From Balanoglossus misakiensis (Eukaryota; Animalia; Hemichordata): a DNA stretch of 64,000 nt. Of the stretch, positions 59,701 through 64,000 are shown piece by piece (position 1 is the first letter of the stretch; each line of letters opens with the position of its first letter). Location of the stretch: NCBI GenBank assembly GCA_040954595.2, contig CM082596.2:5902791-5966790 (forward strand), written 5' to 3'. Made by a program: the position numbers and the translations under genes. The notes under the pieces were generated by a model. The model saw only the letters and a list, made by a program, of their open reading frames with translations, was not told the DNA's origin and did not search any database.

Positions 59701-62700
59701 CACTGTCTACTAATACAGAGTGCACTCATTTCATGCATCGCCTGAAAATGAGAAATGGAATAACCCATTACCAGCAGTTACTGCATTGGTTAGTCCATCT
59801 AGTAGATAAACCAAAGGGTAGGGTAGGGTGACTAGAGTACTCACCTCACACACAACATCCAGATCATAGAAGGATGGTTCCCCTAAGGCGATGAATGTGA
59901 CTTTGCACAGAGCACTCTGTTGTGGCTGCAGAACTCCACTCACTGGTTGGATGTCCAACACCTGATGAGACAAAAAAAACATCACATATGTACAACTGCA
60001 TTGGAGACAGATCTCTGTAAAATTCTACATGTAAATTGTCCATTCACCACGAAGGCTGTGTTCCTGGCTCTATGTACCTTGTCCAATTTGAAAACTTCAG
60101 TCACAATTTGACCCAACAAGATGTCACTGTACATGTATATCACAGTGGTAATTTTCACTCATCTTTCATTGAAACACTGATAAAAAAATATATGAAAACA
60201 CTGGGGTGGGAGATACCACTGTGACTACAAGGGATGTCTCACCTGGCCATCTGCTTCAGAGGTGACGTACCACTCATAGGAGACCACATGCGAAGTGGAT
60301 CTATTGGTAATGTAGATGGGACGGCGGGACAGACTGAACAGTGGTACGTTCCCGATGGACACTCTCTCTTGAGACAGATACACCAACTGTCAAGAAAGAA
60401 CAGAGATCACAAATGAAATTTATACATACTGAGGAAAAAAATGTTTGGCGTTAATCACATAGTGGTGGTTATATTTGTTGAACCCCAGCACTGAAAAAAA
60501 TTACAGTCCAACAACAGAACACAGCATCACGAATAATACTTTTCTCTGTACTTTATTCCCCCACTATCTCACCTGTCCAGGTACTGGCACACTCTGTATG
60601 GCCGGAACGCCCGTCAGATCATGTTGGTCTGTTAGCTGCATGGTGTCACCCATGATCCGCTTGTCATAGCCCACACCCGTGAAGGTGATCAAAGCCGTGT
60701 CACCATTGATGATGTGGATGGGGACGTCAACCTGTGGAAATAACCAATGTCATCACACAAACGTTACAACTATCTGAGATAGCATACTTTTGGTACATAA
60801 CTGTATACTAGTAAAATGATTTAAAACAGAAAATCCCTCTTTGACGAAAGCATAATACCGATACCAGAGTATGTACATATAAGAAAACAGAAATTGAATT
60901 GACTGCTGTCCTCTCCACTAACCATGTATGTCTTGGCTTCCAGTGGGGAGAAGATCCATTCTATGAAGGCTGTCCTTCCAGGCAAGATGTCCCCTCTGGG
61001 GTTGAGACACTCAAAGACCTTGTGATTGTAGTTCTCCTGGAAACAACAGATTACAGATCATTTGTACAAACAATAACATGAAGGATTAGGTACAGCCTAT
61101 CTAACCCTTTCACCACCATGGTTCAATCCAACTCAATTATTTTCTATGGTAAAGTTGGACCTCTACAGAGGGAACTGGGGGTGATAGGGTTAAAATGCCA
61201 GGGTTTTATCACGGTTTCACTAAGAAAGCATTGTCAGCTGAAAATCTCACCTGTTTGATGTATTCCAATGCTGTCAGATCAAGTTCATACTGCACAGGTA
61301 ATGCGCCACCATTGTACAACTCATATACTTGTTTCGGGTTGGCAACCGCACCAATCGGGACGGGGTAAAACATGTGCTTGTTGCTAGGGAAATGGACATA
61401 TCTGCTCTCGGGGTCCACAGTGACACCAATGAAATTCAACTGAAATAGAGTATAGATGTATACATATTCATAAATGAAAAATATCACTAGAAAGATACAA
61501 TTCAAAACTTAACAGGAATCTATTTCATTTAGCTTGGCATACTTTCCTATCTTAGCAGAAGATAGTCAAATTGGGATGAAGTTTTGGCATACAAGTCTGT
61601 GATCAGGACAAATATTTATTTGCCCTTTATGAAACATTTTTTTCTCACATGTAAGTACATGTATTAATCTTAGCATGATCTAAAGTCATCATAACACTAA
61701 GATATGTCCCACACAGCCCCAGGTGGATAAATAAACACACAAAAGAAGGGCCCACTCACCAGGATCTCTCGTCCCCGCATTAGTTTGAAAAGCACTGGTA
61801 ATCTGTCAGTTCCTGGGAAGTTGTGTGTGTAGATGAAAGTGATGGTCTGACACTCGCCTGGGGCCAGCATGCCAGACTTGGGTTCGACACTGAATAGCTT
61901 GTTGTCCATCACTCTCATCTGGAAAAAAGTAAATTCAACCAATCATTAATGGCCACTTATAATATATACACATGCCTATATATGGTCAAAGAGACATGTT
62001 CAATGCCTATATATGGTCAAAAGGGCATGTCTAACTCTTCAATGACTGTGTGGTGTCACTCTATTCTTTGTGAGTGTCACTCACTGAAAATCTGTGATTG
62101 TCAATTGACCATATAAACACTGGGTATAGATTGCAATGTGCATGAAATATTTGACTCAAGGACCAACCTCATGCAGTTCATCCTCATCAAATTCGCCGGT
62201 CTCAGCCCAGTACTCCAACTCCAACTGCAGATCAGTCGGGAAGAGGAACGCCCACTCGGTCGACACCGCTCCGGTATTCTCGATCATCAAGTGCACAACG
62301 CAGTCCTCGGAGTCGACGGGAGCCGCTCCGAAGTTGAAATCCAAGATGGCTCTGGTGTAGACCGGCGGGCGTCGCCTGGTGCTGTGTCGGGTGATCACGG
62401 AGTACATCAGTTCTTCAGTGGACGGGTCTGCGTCCAGACACACGTTTAAACTGAAATGAAAACATATCAAGGTTGAAAACATGTCTACTATTGTCAGACA
62501 ATTTTGGTGCAAACATGCTGTTCACAGCCACTAGATCATGGCTAACTGTCAATAGAAAATTGTGGTTCTAAAAAAAATCCCTCGGTGGAAAATCAGGGAA
62601 TCTGCTCAATGTAACAATTGTTACCTTAATGTCACTTTTAACATAACAAAATATCTTCTAGAATTCTCTTTTTTGTCACTAAATTGGGGTTACTATGTAT

Positions 62701-64000
62701 GTGGTTACTCTACATATTATTCCCTAATGTTTAGTCTATACCCTTTATTCTATACATTGTGCCCTTAACTCTATACCCTTTCAACAAGTTTGTATTGTAC
62801 TGTACTACTGACAAAATTCAGACCCGACACAAAGGTAGAGAAGAGTCACTCACTGGACACGGAGACACTTACTTGTCCAATGAGAAGAGACTCCACAACC
62901 GGGCCTTGCTGACTCCACTCGCGCTGCCATAACACCTGGCGTCGGTCACAGCCAGACTTGGGTACACTCCAGTCGCCTTGATATCACACAGCGGGATGGA
63001 TTCATTGACTTGTTTGCCTTGAGGGGTCTGCAGCTGATAGGTGATGTTGAACAGGTAATCCACCCTGCGGATTGGTCGCACTGTGCCGATGATGATGTTA
63101 CGCGACCTTGCCGGGAGCACTCCTTCCATCTCGTCAAGTTCAAGAGCTGTCATGTCAAGAGAGGGAGATGACACTTAAATAACATTCTATAAGTCTCTTT
63201 TCTTCATACAAGTTATGGCAATACCAAAGTATTCAAATTACCAAGGTAAGTTTTCAGGTTCAATGAATAAGCAAAGTTTTGTTGATTTTCTTTGAATAGA
63301 GCATCTGACAAATGATGCATTCTTTGCATCATTGGCCAGTGACATATAGATATGCAAATATACAGTTTTAATCGAAAACATCTCAACACCAATATTGTAT
63401 ACTCTATCAGACTTGTACCCACCGACTGGATCACGTAGTGTTTCGTGTTCAGGGTACGGTCCATCAATGGTCTGCTCAATGGTTAAGCGATAGTGCAGAC
63501 TACAGTCGTTGTCGTTGAACACAATGATTTCCTTCGAAGCTGAGCTGCCGACGACAACATTGGAGAAATGAATTGTGCCCTGTTCAGCCTACAAAAGAGA
63601 GAAAAGTTATGGAGAAATGGTTAAATATACATTGTATATATAGTATAATGAATAAATATTTTCCATTGTCTTAGTCAGAGTTTTTGTTCATCGAAGAGAC
63701 TTATTCCGTTCCTTATACTGCTTACATTAAACTATAAATAGACGTTTTGTACATGATTCTCGTGATCATGCCAAAAGATACAGCCAAACCGTCATACAAG
63801 TTAAGCCCAATATTGCAAGATTATAATCTAACATTGCTACATCTAATAATGTCTCATTTTTGTTTTGAAGTTAACATTGGACTTGAACTCACCCTGATGA
63901 AGCCAGAGGAACCCTCTCCAACAACCCTGAGTGTAAATTTCTTCCTCTTTGCCGTCTCAGGGTCCACGCTGGGTCTGTCTGCATGCACGTACACATATGG
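56764..64000 (-). CDS. CFAP65: Cilia- and flagella-associated protein 65 (CCDC108), 3' part, about 1053 aa
   Basis: Exons >64000-63893, 63588-63423, 63146-62873, 62450-62168, 61918-61760, 61439-61251, 61036-60923, 60731-60573, 60386-60243, 59961-59845, 59574-59458, 59301-59000, 58767-58651, 58452-58203, 57715-57384, 57094-56764 (3162 nt, in phase). ASH/MSP-like Ig repeats (FNFGAAP..IENTG..WAFLFPTDLQLELEYWAE, FSVEPKSGMLAPGE, WIFSPLEAKTY), KYQTLPPI, and C-terminal LENAIHNIVLEASTG..LTARPRMVALPP. Confidence 0.9.
58054..58146 (-). mobile_element. Diverged copy of the same MITE, reverse orientation
   Basis: Reverse complement begins ttaacccttt..ccatgg..ttgttttctatgttgaagttg; ends gagggtaa. Confidence 0.45.
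59578..59602. repeat. (TCAA)n microsatellite at a CFAP65 splice acceptor
   Basis: tcaatcaatcaatcaatcaatcaat abutting the minus-strand acceptor at 59575-59577. Confidence 0.9.
61101..61193 (+). mobile_element. About 93-bp piggyBac-like MITE, copy 2
   Basis: taacccttt ... tagggttaa termini; same core as the 29933 copy. Confidence 0.65.

Noticed and set aside
61972-62030. Duplicated atgcctatatatggtcaaa as a CArG pair or CRISPR-like repeat
   Set aside because: Only two copies, and seven A/T between CC and GG (non-canonical); a simple local duplication.
1-64000. Prokaryotic systems (CRISPR, operons, defence islands), rRNA, tRNA
   Set aside because: Spliceosomal gene architecture throughout; no repeat-spacer arrays or structural RNA signatures seen.

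Overview
Intron-rich eukaryotic (metazoan, probably marine invertebrate) genomic DNA, not prokaryotic; most entries in the ORF track are intronic or antisense noise. I reconstructed three recognisable spliced genes by hand, with GT-AG boundaries and consistent reading phase. (1) A very large supervillin (SVIL) on +, entering the window mid-CDS and ending at the villin headpiece stop 38620: 30 core exons, 8883 nt, about 2960 aa in the window. (2) A complete type II Na+/phosphate cotransporter (SLC34 family) on +, 46278-52374: 6 exons, 678 aa. (3) The 3' part of CFAP65/CCDC108 on -, 56764 to >64000: 16 exons, about 1053 aa. Between these lie up to three unrecognised minus-strand transcription units: an intronless 157-aa ORF with a housekeeping-type promoter, a spliced orphan of about 227 aa, and a small 3-exon chain between SLC34 and CFAP65. 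Most notable are a tandem array of PP1-type [GS]ILK motifs in supervillin, candidate microexons, cassette exons and an alternative first exon, a Crypton/Eulor-like palindromic element, and several MITEs. No rRNA, tRNA or CRISPR seen. I found no clearly new biological system; the orphan genes and the SILK array are the best leads.
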